DNA of 64,000 nt from Stegostoma tigrinum. Taxonomy: Eukaryota. The first letter of the stretch is position 1, and every line of letters begins with the position of its first letter. Made by a program: the position numbers and the translations under genes. Positions 1 to 11,490 of this stretch are shown here, one piece after another. The stretch covers positions 82,979,678 through 83,043,677 of the forward strand of contig NC_081363.1 of the NCBI RefSeq assembly GCF_030684315.1, read 5' to 3'. Below the pieces are notes generated by a model. The model was not told the DNA's origin. It saw nothing but the letters and a program-made list of their open reading frames with translations, and searched no databases.

Positions 1-745
1 CCTAACCAGTAAACTGCAAGATCCACTTCGGGAGTAGCAGGGTTTGTGGAGACTCGGTCACTCTGCATCACAGTTTAAAGCGGTCTTGCACTTCGACAGG
101 GACAAAAATGCGTTTGCATAGCGCCATGGGCGCAGAAAAACGCTTCACGGGAGCGTTCTCAAAACACCTTGCGGCGTTGTTGGCAGAAGTCACGGCCACC
201 GCTCATAAAAAATATAAAAATTATGTTTGCGTAAGATGCCCAAATGGAGACGTGTTGCTGAGGGCTTGGTGAGAGAGAAAGAGAGGCAAGACCGTGATGG
301 GGCGCGAACACAACGATGAGAAGCCTAGACGGAGAGTTGTAGTATCATTGGACTGATTGGCAAATATTTTTTGCTACTTTAGGGTTGACGTAAATGATTC
401 CAGGAAACCATTCAGCTGTAAACACTGAACTTATCCTGAAAACATTTATGCTAAGGTCGGCTGCCCCTCAAATGAGGGAGTCAGTATAGAAATTTCAGGT
501 CACTATAATGACAAGCAGTGTTCAGCAAAGCCACAGTAAGCATTCAAGTGGCTAAATAATCCGCTCCATTAGGCTACAGTGACATTGTCTCAGAATCAGA
601 CCGGGAACTGTCTCTGGAGGTATACGCGCACCGAAACCAGCTGCTCGTCCAGCGAAGGTAGGCAGCATTGCAACGATCATTTGCACAGGTCGAGAATTTA
701 CGTTTAGAATTATACAGTGAATTTGCACGAGGTCACTGGACTTAC

Positions 746-871
746 AGGTCCCCAGACATAAGCAGAAAGACCTAAGGAAGATCCTTTAAACATCGCGATC
801 TTTAATGTGTGCCCACAATACCGATACACCTTCTCCTCTACCCCGGTGTTGTTATCTTCGGCGTTGCTCAT
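746..871 (-). CDS. EEF1AKMT3: EEF1AKMT3/METTL21B-like paralog A, coding exon 1 (rest of gene lies left of the window)
   Basis: ATG at 871; MSNAEDNNTGVEEKVYRYCGHTLKIAMFKGSSLGLSAYVWGP, then a phase-0 GTAAG donor at 745-741. Aligns with exon 1 of paralogs B and C (F/YCGxxLKI...LGVSAYVW) and has the same intron position. Confidence 0.8.
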
Positions 872-2591
872 CGTCTCTGATTTGAAATAGATTCTTGTCA
901 AATTGCCCAGCAGTTTCCTATTCTTCCCAAAGTTGTATTTTTTTTGTTAAACCGGTTTCAACTCCAAGCAACCACGACAAAGCAAAGGTGTTATCTAGGA
1001 ATAAAGAAAGAAATGAGGAAGATACGAATGCGGAGAGGCCTGGTAATAGTCAACGGAGCTTTAAATATCAGGACAACACAGCAAGATCCACAACAAATCA
1101 AAGGAGATGGATGAACTGTCAAATAAGACAATGTTTGCGCAATCCACATAATTCCAATATTGGCCGTTGATCCCAGGGTAGGACAACATTTCATTGCTAT
1201 ATTTAAAACCTTCGTGTCATCTACCATATGTCAATCTGAAAGACGTATGTCGAATATTTCAAATGAAGTATGCTACATTTTAAGTATGCGCGCCATTGGC
1301 AAATTTCAGCAAATTAATTGCAGAAAAGTAAATGTATTTTCTTCGCGTTTTGAATCCGTGAGTCGCTGCTGTTGACCTTAATGGGTTTGCACATATTTTC
1401 TAATCGACCTCTTTCAGCGATGTTATTACACACCACGGAACCAGGCGGGACTTCGAGCCCAGGCCTCCTGGGCCGATTGGTTAGCATGGCTATATGTATC
1501 CAAATTGTCTCCGTAAAGGTTCTAACGAGTTGAACACATGTCTGTGGTCGTAAAGATCACTGTTGGAAAGCAGAGCGAGCAGCTTCTTCAGCTGCTTTCC
1601 ATCTTAACCCTAACCAAATCCTAACCTTTTGCTCTACTGATCATTGTTTTCAACCGCGTTAGTACTGCCAATCCCGAGCTTGCTGGTCACCTCAGCCTCT
1701 AATTATTGCCGCCCTTTTTTATACGCCGAAAATTATGATACTCCATATTACCCATTTAGGCTCAATAAAACGACAGCCGTATCAGTTAATCTGCGCTTCA
1801 AACCCCCAAGACAGCTCCTGTAAAATGGAGCACGAGCTCTGCTTTTAAAGCTTTTAATGAATTACAATCTCCCTGAGTGTTTGAATGCATATTCCCTCAC
1901 TCCTTGTTGCTGCTCCATCATTCGTTTCCACGTTCCTTCTCCCTGTTTCTTTCCTGCGATTCCTGCTTGCTGTTTGGAACATTGGCTTTTCTTTCCCCTT
2001 CAGATTTGTTCAAGGGTAGCTCGGCCACCCGGGCATATTCAGTCAACTGTACTTGAGCATCACTGCTCTTGCCGCTGGCTGGAGCAAATGACATTCAACA
2101 GACAAAGAAGTAGATTTGGATTTGCAATTCTTTTGTTACCTGGTATTCTCGACAATACGAAAACCTTCTATGCAATCAGGTATGAGGCAAGATGTAATTG
2201 TGTTTCCTGGTCTGAATTGCTATTAGATATACAGCATTTCAATTGGTAGATGCTAGATTTTCAATTCATGCTTTTTCCTTTATTCTATTCAATAGAAATT
2301 GTGAGGTCTCAGGGGCCTTCAGTCTCTCACATGCAATTGTTATTAGTTGAGCAGCCCATATCATTGGAGCCAAAGCGTCGCTAGGGAGAATGAGCGAAAA
2401 AAAAGTACCCTTGTGAGACTCAGTAACAATACTGAAGGTGTACAGCGCACGTTAAGATATCTCATTGCCACCACAATGGTTTTGATCTATCTTTGTTTCC
2501 GGTCGGATATCTGCAACAGACTGGCCAGGGGCTCACCAGAGCATGTGCAGTTGTGGACCTTCGCCAGTCTGCAACCAGTCCAAATTATATA

Positions 2592-2796
2592 ATCGTAGAC
2601 TCCCCGACACTGTCGATGCAGGCTATTCGACCCATCAAGTCACGCCGACCCTCCGAAGGGCATCCGACCCAGACCTATCCCGCAAACCTATTCCCGTAAC
2701 TGTGCATTTTCCGTGCTAATCCACCTAGCTATTACATCCCTGGACGCAATGAGCAATTTGGTATGGTAATCCAACCAACATGCGCATCTTTGGACG
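2592..2796 (-). mobile_element. 3' half of an HE1-type SINE
   Basis: Homologous to the SINE copies at 49388 and 58703. Confidence 0.7.
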
Positions 2797-3059
2797 TCTC
2801 CAGGCCTCACCACACCAAATCTCGCCAGAATTTAAAAGAACAAGTTTTGTGCTCATGGTAGTAAGATCATTCGTGATGGCTACTGAGAAAGAAAGAAGTG
2901 TGAATTGGAGCTCGCAAATCAACTGAATCCTCTTTCTTTTTACGACTGTGGGCATTGAGTAGTTTAAATATTCGTTATTAATAACCTAGGAGCAATGCAC
3001 TATTATGCAATGTTATCTACCAGTCGCTTCAGAACTCACCCAATTGTCAACTGATCTAA

Positions 3060-3199
3060 GAGATAGCAGGAACTGCAGGTGCTGGAGTCAAAGTCAGCAC
3101 AGCATGAAGCTGGAGGAACACAGCAAGCCAGGCAGCATCAGAGGAGCAGGAAAGTTGACGTTTCGGGTCGGGACCCTCTGAATAAGGGTCCATACCCTG
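3060..3199 (-). mobile_element. Miniature PLE tail with short inverted hammerhead segment
   Basis: PLE tail running to tttcgggtcgggaccc, then inverted tctgaataagggtcc; TSD ttgtcaactgatctaa at 3044-3059 and 3200-3215. Confidence 0.82.
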
Positions 3200-6100
3200 T
3201 TGTCAACTGATCTAACTAACGTTAACCCGCAAAGCCATTTCTTTCCCGCAGCTTTTTTTTTGAGAAAACAACTTCAAATTTCTCGGACAGTACTCAGGAC
3301 TGACTGTTAAGTTGGAGACACTACACTCTATAACGAAACAAAAATATTTTTATTTCAGTTGACTGCACAGTCCTTTTCTCGCTCTGATTTGTTTTTAAAT
3401 ATCCACTCGAGGGATATGGATGTTCCTGTCTAGGCCGGCATTTATTGCCCATCACTAACTGTTGTTGAAAAGGTTGTGGCAAGCTGTCTTATTGATTCAT
3501 TGCAGTCCTTGCAATGTAAGGGCGCCCACACTACTGTTAGGAAGGGAGTTCCGAGGTTGTGACCTGGACAGTTGTCGAAACTGCAATCATCAGCAAACCA
3601 CTCCATCTCGGACAGTTTCCTGAAAACAAAAAGTCTTGCAGCCATGCCCTGTGATTTGAACATCAGACCTGAAATAATCACATTGGGTACAGATGTAACC
3701 AGTGGAGAAATTTCCTCATGATTCCCATTTGGTCTGAAAAAGAATCACATTGGACTCGAAATGTTACCCTTGTTTTTCTCTCTATTGATGCTGCCAGAAC
3801 GGCTGAGTTTCTCCAGCACTTCGTGTTTTTTTAGTTATTATTATCTCATTGACTCTAGTTTTGCTGGACAGTCTTGATGCCTCAGACAATGAAATTTTGC
3901 CTTAATGTCAAGGATTGCCACCTTCAGTTCCCCTCTTGAGTTCATCACTTTTGCCCAAGGTTTTGACCAAGGTTGCGTTAAAGTTCGAAGCTTAGTGGAC
4001 CTTGTGCGATCAGAATTTAGCACAACTGAGCAGGTTATAAGTGATGCTTGATACCAATCTCTACAACTTCAATTACTTTACTGATGGGACATCGTATGTC
4101 AGGTATGATTTATCGAGTATTAGTATAATCGGCTGCTCTCTAACTAGAATGTGGGAGACTCGTTCTAACTTTGGTGCAATCATCCTGATGTTAGCAAAGA
4201 GGACTATGCAGGATGACAGGGCCGTGTACGCCAGAGTCATGACATTTTTCTGACATTTCCTAATTAATGTTACTTCAGCTAGTTTTGTTCCTTGTAGCCA
4301 TTAAATACAACTGACCTGTTAGGCCATTTCAGAGCCAACTACATTGTTCTAGAGTCACATGTAGGCAATACTAAACGAAGACAGCAGATTTTCATTCCCA
4401 AAAGGCATTAGTGTGTCAGAAGTCCGTTTTTTACGGCAACAGTCTCATGTTAAAAGTTAAAATAACGTTTAATTTCAGATATACTTCACGGTCTGCAGTG
4501 GTGGGATTTGAACCAAGGTTCCCAGTGTACTAGCATGGGTTTCTGCATTATTTATTCCACTACCAGTACAACAACTCTATCCCTTCCCAGCTGCCAATTT
4601 CTCTGGAACCACAATTGGCGGTTCAGATATTGTGAGGAGACTGCCATCTTGTTTACCAAATTGATGATAGCCAGTGTCTCTATAAGGATAAAATGCATTT
4701 ACTGCCTCTTAATTTAAAATCTGTCGACCCCTCATGGTGGTGCACCTCGTTGATTTTCCTTCTTCACAGCAGAAGGACTTGTGGGAAAGGTGAATAAAGT
4801 TCAAGGTGGGCTGGGGCCAGAAGGTGCTCGTAGGTGGAGGGGGTGTGTGGTAGTACTTGTTGGTGGTTAGACGAACGGCATTGCCGAGAAGCGTTTGACT
4901 CTCTAGCAGTTATGGTAAAATTGTTTGCAGTCTGGACTATGACGATAAGCAAAAGTATGAAAGTATCCTGCATCGGACTTCAGCTGCAGTTGCACCTTAA
5001 TGTGTTGAATCCTCGTCACATCTGCATAAACCAGCATGAGGAATATTGAAGTAGCAGCACATATCGCTGGAATTGTGCAGACTGAACAAATTACATGCGA
5101 TTTCCAGTCACAGTCATTGGATGTGGCAACTCTTTAAGTTCCTGAGACTGTTTAATTAACGGTTCCATGAAAATCTCCTTCATTAAGTGCATTATCCCTT
5201 CCATGGATAAAAATAACCTGAGAAGTCAAGTGTCTGCATCAGCTGTCTTGCATTTTAATAAAACATAGATGCCCATAAAGTTACTTAAAGTAAATACTTT
5301 TCGCTATCCCTGTAAAGAAGAGAACGAGGGGCTAAGCTCTTGACATCGAATATCTGACACATTAGTCACGTTTGCTTGATCATGAATTCAGATGTAGCCT
5401 ATACCAGTGCTTTTGCTAACTAACATGAGGAATAGACATGTCGTAAAGCACATGATCTCAAATATAGGCATTCACACACAAATACACCTTTTTCCTTCTA
5501 CACTTCTTCTATGTTCCTTGGTGACTGATATGGAAAGGCTCAAACTCAAACAAATTAAGTAGTCATTTTATACACTATACTTTGGTTGTTGAATGGCGAA
5601 GCTATAAATGATTTTGATGTAAATGAGCATAGGTGAAGCACATTCTTAAAGCAGAAAAACAATTTACTCGAAAATGTAACTCGATCATTGTTTTTAGTCA
5701 GCTACACTTGTTTTTAGTCAGCGATTATAGTGAACTCTACAAATGAGATAATTAAAGTTCTTAAGATTAAAGTGAACTGTCTGCTGCAGTTTACCTACTG
5801 CCCAAACAGCCAGATCTCATTGGGTTTCTGAATAATTTTCACGTTTTATGAGTTAAGCATTTACTTTCAAGAATTTATAACAACGTGAGTTGACGTGATT
5901 GAAATAAGTAAAACACTTGGAAGAAAGCAAGATAGTAGTTGCCTGGGTGGAGTAATCTAGATTGCAATCACATAATAAGGACTGAGTCCAATTAGAACTG
6001 AGATTAGGAGAAGGTTCTTCACTCAAAAATTCGTACAGCTAGGGAGTTTTCTACCCAGACGGCTGTGGATGTTCTGACATTGAATATGTTCAAAACAGTG

Positions 6101-7689
6101 GCCAACAGATGTGAATGAAAAGGGAATGGAGAGAGAAGGGATAATGTTGGAAATGGAGTGCAAGCAATAGATCGGGCTTTATCTGGTTAAATGGTGAACC
6201 AGGACTGAAGGGCCAAATGTCCACATCAGCTCTGTTTTCTATGTTCTTTCAGACTAATTTAATGCTCAGAATATTTGGTACAGATAGATTGTAGCTTCAC
6301 AAAGCACGTTCTGTTTTATAAGATTACAAGAAGTGAATGTTGCCCCAAAGTATCCTACGACAGAAAACTGGGTACATTCACATGATTTTAGCTGAAGAAT
6401 CGCACGTGATATTAAAAACACCCTGAGCTGCGAACATTCAGTCCAGTTGATACAGTGCCATTGAGATTCTGTAATCACACTTTGCATTCAATTTCGGACG
6501 ATACCATAAGCGGATAAATGCATAGTTGTGACGAAGTAAAGCAAACACAACTTTTCCTACAGCTATATTAAGCTAAGAAAATACCTAATAAAAGTTGAAT
6601 ATCGGCTATTATAAAATCTCAGTGCTGATCTCATAGTGCTACCATAACTTATTCTATTGTAAATAACAAAAAAGGACATTTTTTCTTTTTTTTCCTCCAA
6701 TACTATACGTAGATTTTTTCACTTCTGCGTGTTGTTGATTTCACCGAGATCAATTTAAACTTAAGATTCAGCATACATCAAGCACAGAAGCAATAGCATT
6801 CAATACCGAATCGGTGAATAAATGCTGTTATGGGCAATTCTTGCTGTTGGGTTAAAACCAGTTTCATACCAATGCACCTCTAATATTCTGGCATGTTTCA
6901 AATCACATAGATGCACATTGTCTTCAAATAACCGTTAATAATTGTTTAAATGCAAGAAAACGGTATTCTAAAACAATGAAAGACATGAGTGTTTTCTGGG
7001 AAAAGAAACGTGATGTCAAGTGCTTTTATTTCATTTTGCACTGATCGGGATAAATGCAAGATGCCGTATTTCAAAGGGAACAACAATTTATACACCATTA
7101 GAAAAGTGCTTAGTCTACCTCAAATTGCGACAAAAGAATGAGGCATCTCGGTAGATTTGATCAATAGGTTAAGCTGTCACTGTTTAGAAACAGCATGATT
7201 AATACTTTCAACTGAAAGGGTAAGTCAATCACTTCAGAAGGTCTTTCCGTTTACGACACAAATAAGTGATCCTGTGCCAGAATGATGCAGTATATGAAGG
7301 CTATACATCTGCGTATCTCAGGTAAATTGTACCAAACGCCATGTCCCTTCTTAGCCCAGTCAGGCTACCAACTGTTCTTAGTTAGCCCATGTTTACGAGA
7401 CGCATTGCATTGTATCCAACATTAAATGTGATTCTGTCATTGTATATCACACACTGAACGGCACCAAGTATGGTATGAATTTTACTGCCAATTTGACGTT
7501 CAATCAGGCTCGTAATCTGACTTCCTGATAGACGCTGCATACAGCAGGACGCATATTAGTGTCTTCTGAAGCAAATACAATATTGTGCCTTCTTCGACTA
7601 AACAATGGCATCATAATGAAGTGCTCCCTGTGCACTCCCCTACAACAAGGCCTCAGTAAATCCAAACCAAATAATATTTTGGAATTTGC

Positions 7690-7871
7690 CAGAAGTCACA
7701 TGACGCCAGGTTATAGTACAAAAGGTCTATTTGAAATCAGAAGTTTTCGGAGCGCTGTTCCAGGAACAGCACTCGGAAAGCTTGTAGTTTCAAGTAAACC
7801 TGTTGGGCTACAATCTGGCATCGTGTGACTTCTGACTTTATCCACCTCAGCCCAACACCGGTGCCTCCACA
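7690..7871. mobile_element. Miniature fold-back element of a third PLE family
   Basis: Inverted arms cagaagtcacatgacgccagg...tttcggagcgctgttcc / ggaacagcactcggaaagc...gtgtgacttctg plus a one-sided tail. Related copy at ~9658-9823 contains ctgatgaagggg. Confidence 0.7.
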
Positions 7872-8168
7872 CCTTGGAAGTTAACTAAGAGTTTGGAGCG
7901 ATTCCCCCTTGGTGCATTGATCATGGTATGACTCAAACAGTCACAGTAAGTTTTCCTATGAATCAGTCCTCTTTTAGCATGTCTCATAAATGATTATTTC
8001 CTTTGACCTTCAGTATTCTTGCATCTATCCTGAAAAATGCATGAAACAAAGCATTGGCAGCCTGTCTCCTTTTTTAACAATGCCCAAGTTCTACAAACTA
8101 AAGACTTGCATTTATGTGAGGCTGGATGAACACAGCAGGCCCAGCAGCATCTCAGGAGCACAAACGCT

Positions 8169-8196
8169 GACGTTTCGGGCCTAGACCCTTCATCAG
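8169..8196 (-). ncRNA. Minimal hammerhead ribozyme motif
   Basis: Reverse complement reads CTGATGAAGGGTCTAGGCCCGAAACGTC. Confidence 0.7.
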
Positions 8197-9318
8197 AGAG
8201 GGGGATGGGGTGAGGGTTCTGGAATAAATAGGGAGAGAGGGGGAGGCGGACCCAAGATGGAGAGAAAAGAAGATAGGTGGAGAGGAGAGTATAGGTGGGG
8301 AGGTAGGGAGGGGATAGGTCAGTCCAGGGAAGACGGACAGGTCAAGGAGGTGGGATGAGGTTAGTAGGTAGGAGATGGAGGTGCTCCTTGGGGTGGGAGG
8401 AAGGGATGGGTGAGAGGAAGAACAGGTTAGGGAGGCAGAGTCAGGTTGGACTGGGTTTGGGATGCAGTGGGTGGGGGGGAAGAGCTGGGCTGGTTGTGTG
8501 GTGCAGTGGGGGAAGGGGACGAACTAGGCTGGTTTTGGGGTGCGGTGGGGGAAGGGGAGATTTTGAAGCTGGTGAAGTCCACATTGATACCATTGGGCTG
8601 CAGCATTCCCAAGCAGAATATGAGTTGCTGTTCTTGCAACCTTCGGGTGGCATCATTGTGGCACTGCAGGAGTCCCATGATGGACATGTCATCTAAAGAA
8701 TGGGAGGGGGAGTGGAAATGGTTTGCGACTGGGAGGTGCAGTTGTTTATTGCGAACTGAGTGGAGGTGTTCTGCAAAGCGGTCCCCAAGCCTCTGCTTGG
8801 TTTCCCCAATGTAGAGGAAGCCACACCGGGTACAGTGGATGCAGTATACCCCATTGGCAGATGTGCAGGTGAACCTCTGCTTAATGTGGAAAGTCATCTG
8901 GGGGCCTCGGATAGGGGTGAGGGAGGAGGTGTGGGGGCAAGTGTAGTATTTCCTGCGGTTGCAGGGGAAGGTGCCGGGTGTGGTGGGGTTAGAGGGCAGT
9001 GTGGAGCGAACAAGGGAGTCACGGAGAGAGTGGTCTCTCCGGAAAGCAGACAGGGGTGGAGATGGAAAAATGTCTTGGGTGGTGGGGTCGGATTCTTCCT
9101 CTCACGCATCCCTTCCTCCCAACCCAAGCAGCACCTCCATCTCCTACCTACTAACCTCATCCCACCTCCTTGACCTGTCCGTCATCCCTGGACTGACCTA
9201 TCCCCTCCCGACCTCCCCACCTATACTCTCCTCTCCACCTATCTTCTTTTCTCTCCATCTTCGGTCCGCCTCCCCCCCTCTCCCTATTTATTCCAGAACC
9301 CTCACCCCATCCCCCTCT

Positions 9319-9346
9319 CTGATGAAGGGTCTAGGCCCGAAACGTC
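9319..9346 (+). ncRNA. Minimal type I hammerhead ribozyme motif (PLE-associated)
   Basis: CTGATGA-A-GGGTCTAGGCCC (stem II)-GAAA-CG-TC: conserved core with palindromic ACGT in place of helix III; predicted cleavage after C9346. Helix I is only ~2 bp. Confidence 0.7.
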
Positions 9347-10849
9347 AGCTTTTGTTCTCCTGAGATGCTGCTGGGCCTGCTGTGTTCATCCAGCCTCACA
9401 TTTCGTTATCTTGGATTCTCCAGCATCTGCAGTTCCCATTATCACTTGCATTTATGTGACGGTTTTCACTATTGCAGAATATCACAGTATTCTCTGCAGT
9501 CAAATAATTACCTCTGAAGAAACGCATGTAGGAAACACGGGCAGACATTTTGCAAGCAGCAAAGTTTGGCATATGGGACAAATGGCCTAATATTCCGTTC
9601 GATCATTTTTGTTGAGCCTAAAGTGCTATTTTCAATCTCATACATTCTTCTTGTATGGAGTCAGATGACACCAGGTCATACTCCAACTGGTTACAGACAC
9701 GCCGCCTGATGAAGGGGCAGCACTACAAACACTTGTGATTTCAAATAAACATGTTGGACTATGACCTGGTGTGCGTAACTTTTGGTATTGTTCACTCCAC
9801 TTCAACACTGGCACCTCTACATCAATCTTTTACTTTCACAGAAAGAACAGGTTAGTGTTTGATTTAATGTCAAGAGGTACCTCTGACAGTGTACCACTGT
9901 CTCAAAACTTCCCTGGAGTGTTGTTAGCTTTCTGAGGACAAAATTAATGGCCAATTTCTACGTTAGATGAATCTGGTTTACTATAATATTTGCATGTGGT
10001 ACCCACGGAAAATATCATTAATTCACTAAAATGATTGACCAAATATCTGATGGTTGATCCTATTGTTCAGCATATAGTTTCCCATTGATAATTCATTTCC
10101 TCATACAGCTAGTGGTGGGTGTTAAAGTGTACGCATCAAAAAATGTAACAGCTTGTCATCATCCCTAATTCATTTAAGAATAATGAAATCTGTTGTGCTG
10201 TAATGACAATGTCTACATGCGTCATGCAATTATTGATCGGCTATATAATATGTCCACATGGATTCACACACTTCTCGTATGCAATTCCAGCAGAGCGTCA
10301 TCTTTTATTATTTTAGCTACGACTTTATTTTATGAAATTAGCATTCCTGCACCTAAAATAGCTTTTAGCTTTCAAATTTCTCTGTTGGTATGATCATCTA
10401 AAGTTATAATGTGCCTTCCTCCTCATTTGCTGGTATCTTCATTTTTGCTCTTATCAATTACCCAGTGCCAGTACTTTCTGTCAGTTCTGTATTTCCGCAC
10501 CCAGAGCACAGGCCTGGGCACTTCTGTTCTTGCATATCAATTGCTTAAAAACAAGCTGGCCCATTCATCAGGAAAGCATCATATTCTGCGCGTTTCAATT
10601 GGTTAGTTACAAATGTTTCGGCTGTAATCAGCAAAGCGAGATATTCCGCCCAAGGGACATTTTTGTGATCTAGCATGCTGAGTGTTTGAGTATTTCAGCT
10701 CTGATGGAAGTTGGCAGGGAAAGGTCGACAAGGACGATGAAGGATAGACTACTACAGCCTGCAAAATGATCTATGCTATGTCCGAATCCTGAAATCGAAT
10801 ACTAGAGGATCATGCCAGCCGCGTGTTAAACTTAGGGGCGTGATTAAGA

Positions 10850-11490
10850 GCATAAGACGTAGGAGCAGAACTCGGCTATTCAACTCATCGAGTGTACTGC
10901 GTTTCGATGAGATCAACGCAGATCTGCTCATCCTCGACAAAACTCTCGCACCTTATCCCAATAAGTCTTGAACATAATCAAACCTTCAATCTGGTCAGCC
11001 CTCTGTGGTATACAGTTCCTCAGAATCACCACCCTATAAAACAGAAATGTTTATCATTATTGACTGAAGTTGACTATCCCTTAATCGGACACTGCGCCCT
11101 CTGGTCCTAATCAAGGAGAAACAACATTTCTCTGTCTACCCTGTCAAGCCTTCTTAGAAGCTCTTATGTTTGGGGAAGGTTTGCTCTTATTCTTTTTAAC
11201 ACCAACGGGTATAACCTCAACAGACTCAACCGCTCCTCGTAAGAAACTCTTTCCATGTGGTGTCAGCCTAGTGAACTTTCGCTAGATTGCCTCTAATGGC
11301 AGAATATCTTTCCTTAGATAAGGGGACCACAACTGTTCACAGTATTCCGTGTGTGATCTCAGTAGTGCATTGCATATTTTCAGCAACTTTTTTTAATATT
11401 TACGTTCCACGCCCTTTGAAATAACCGCCAACAGTCCATTTGCCTCCTTTTTTACCCACTAAACTTGGATGTAAGCTGTTTGTGATTCAT
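10850..11490 (-). mobile_element. CR1 3' fragment
   Basis: cataagacgtaggagcagaa tail and antisense ORF2 end (gggaccacaactgttcacagtattcc). Similar fragments at 5990-6250(+), 12650-12838(-), 13300-13735(-), 19150-19535(-), 39330-39700(+) and 58230-58620(-). Confidence 0.72.

Larger units (their letters stand above)
8120..9443. mobile_element. Penelope-like element (same family), inverted two-arm insertion
   Basis: Minus arm 8120-~9091 contains the GIY-YIG ORF 8427-8897 (GVYCIHCTRCGFLYIGETKQRLGDRFAEH). Plus arm ~9092-9443 is the 3' UTR/tail. TSD acttgcatttatgtga at 8104-8119 and 9444-9459. Confidence 0.92.

Noticed and set aside
4700-5270. Possible Harbinger-like transposase relic (also 60500-60860)
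   Set aside because: Resemblance is too faint to support without an HMM search.
8355-9363. Multiple overlapping Gly/Trp- or Pro-rich ORFs (also 54206-56000)
   Set aside because: They are antisense or alternative frames of the C-rich PLE sequence; only the RT/GIY-YIG frame has recognisable motifs.
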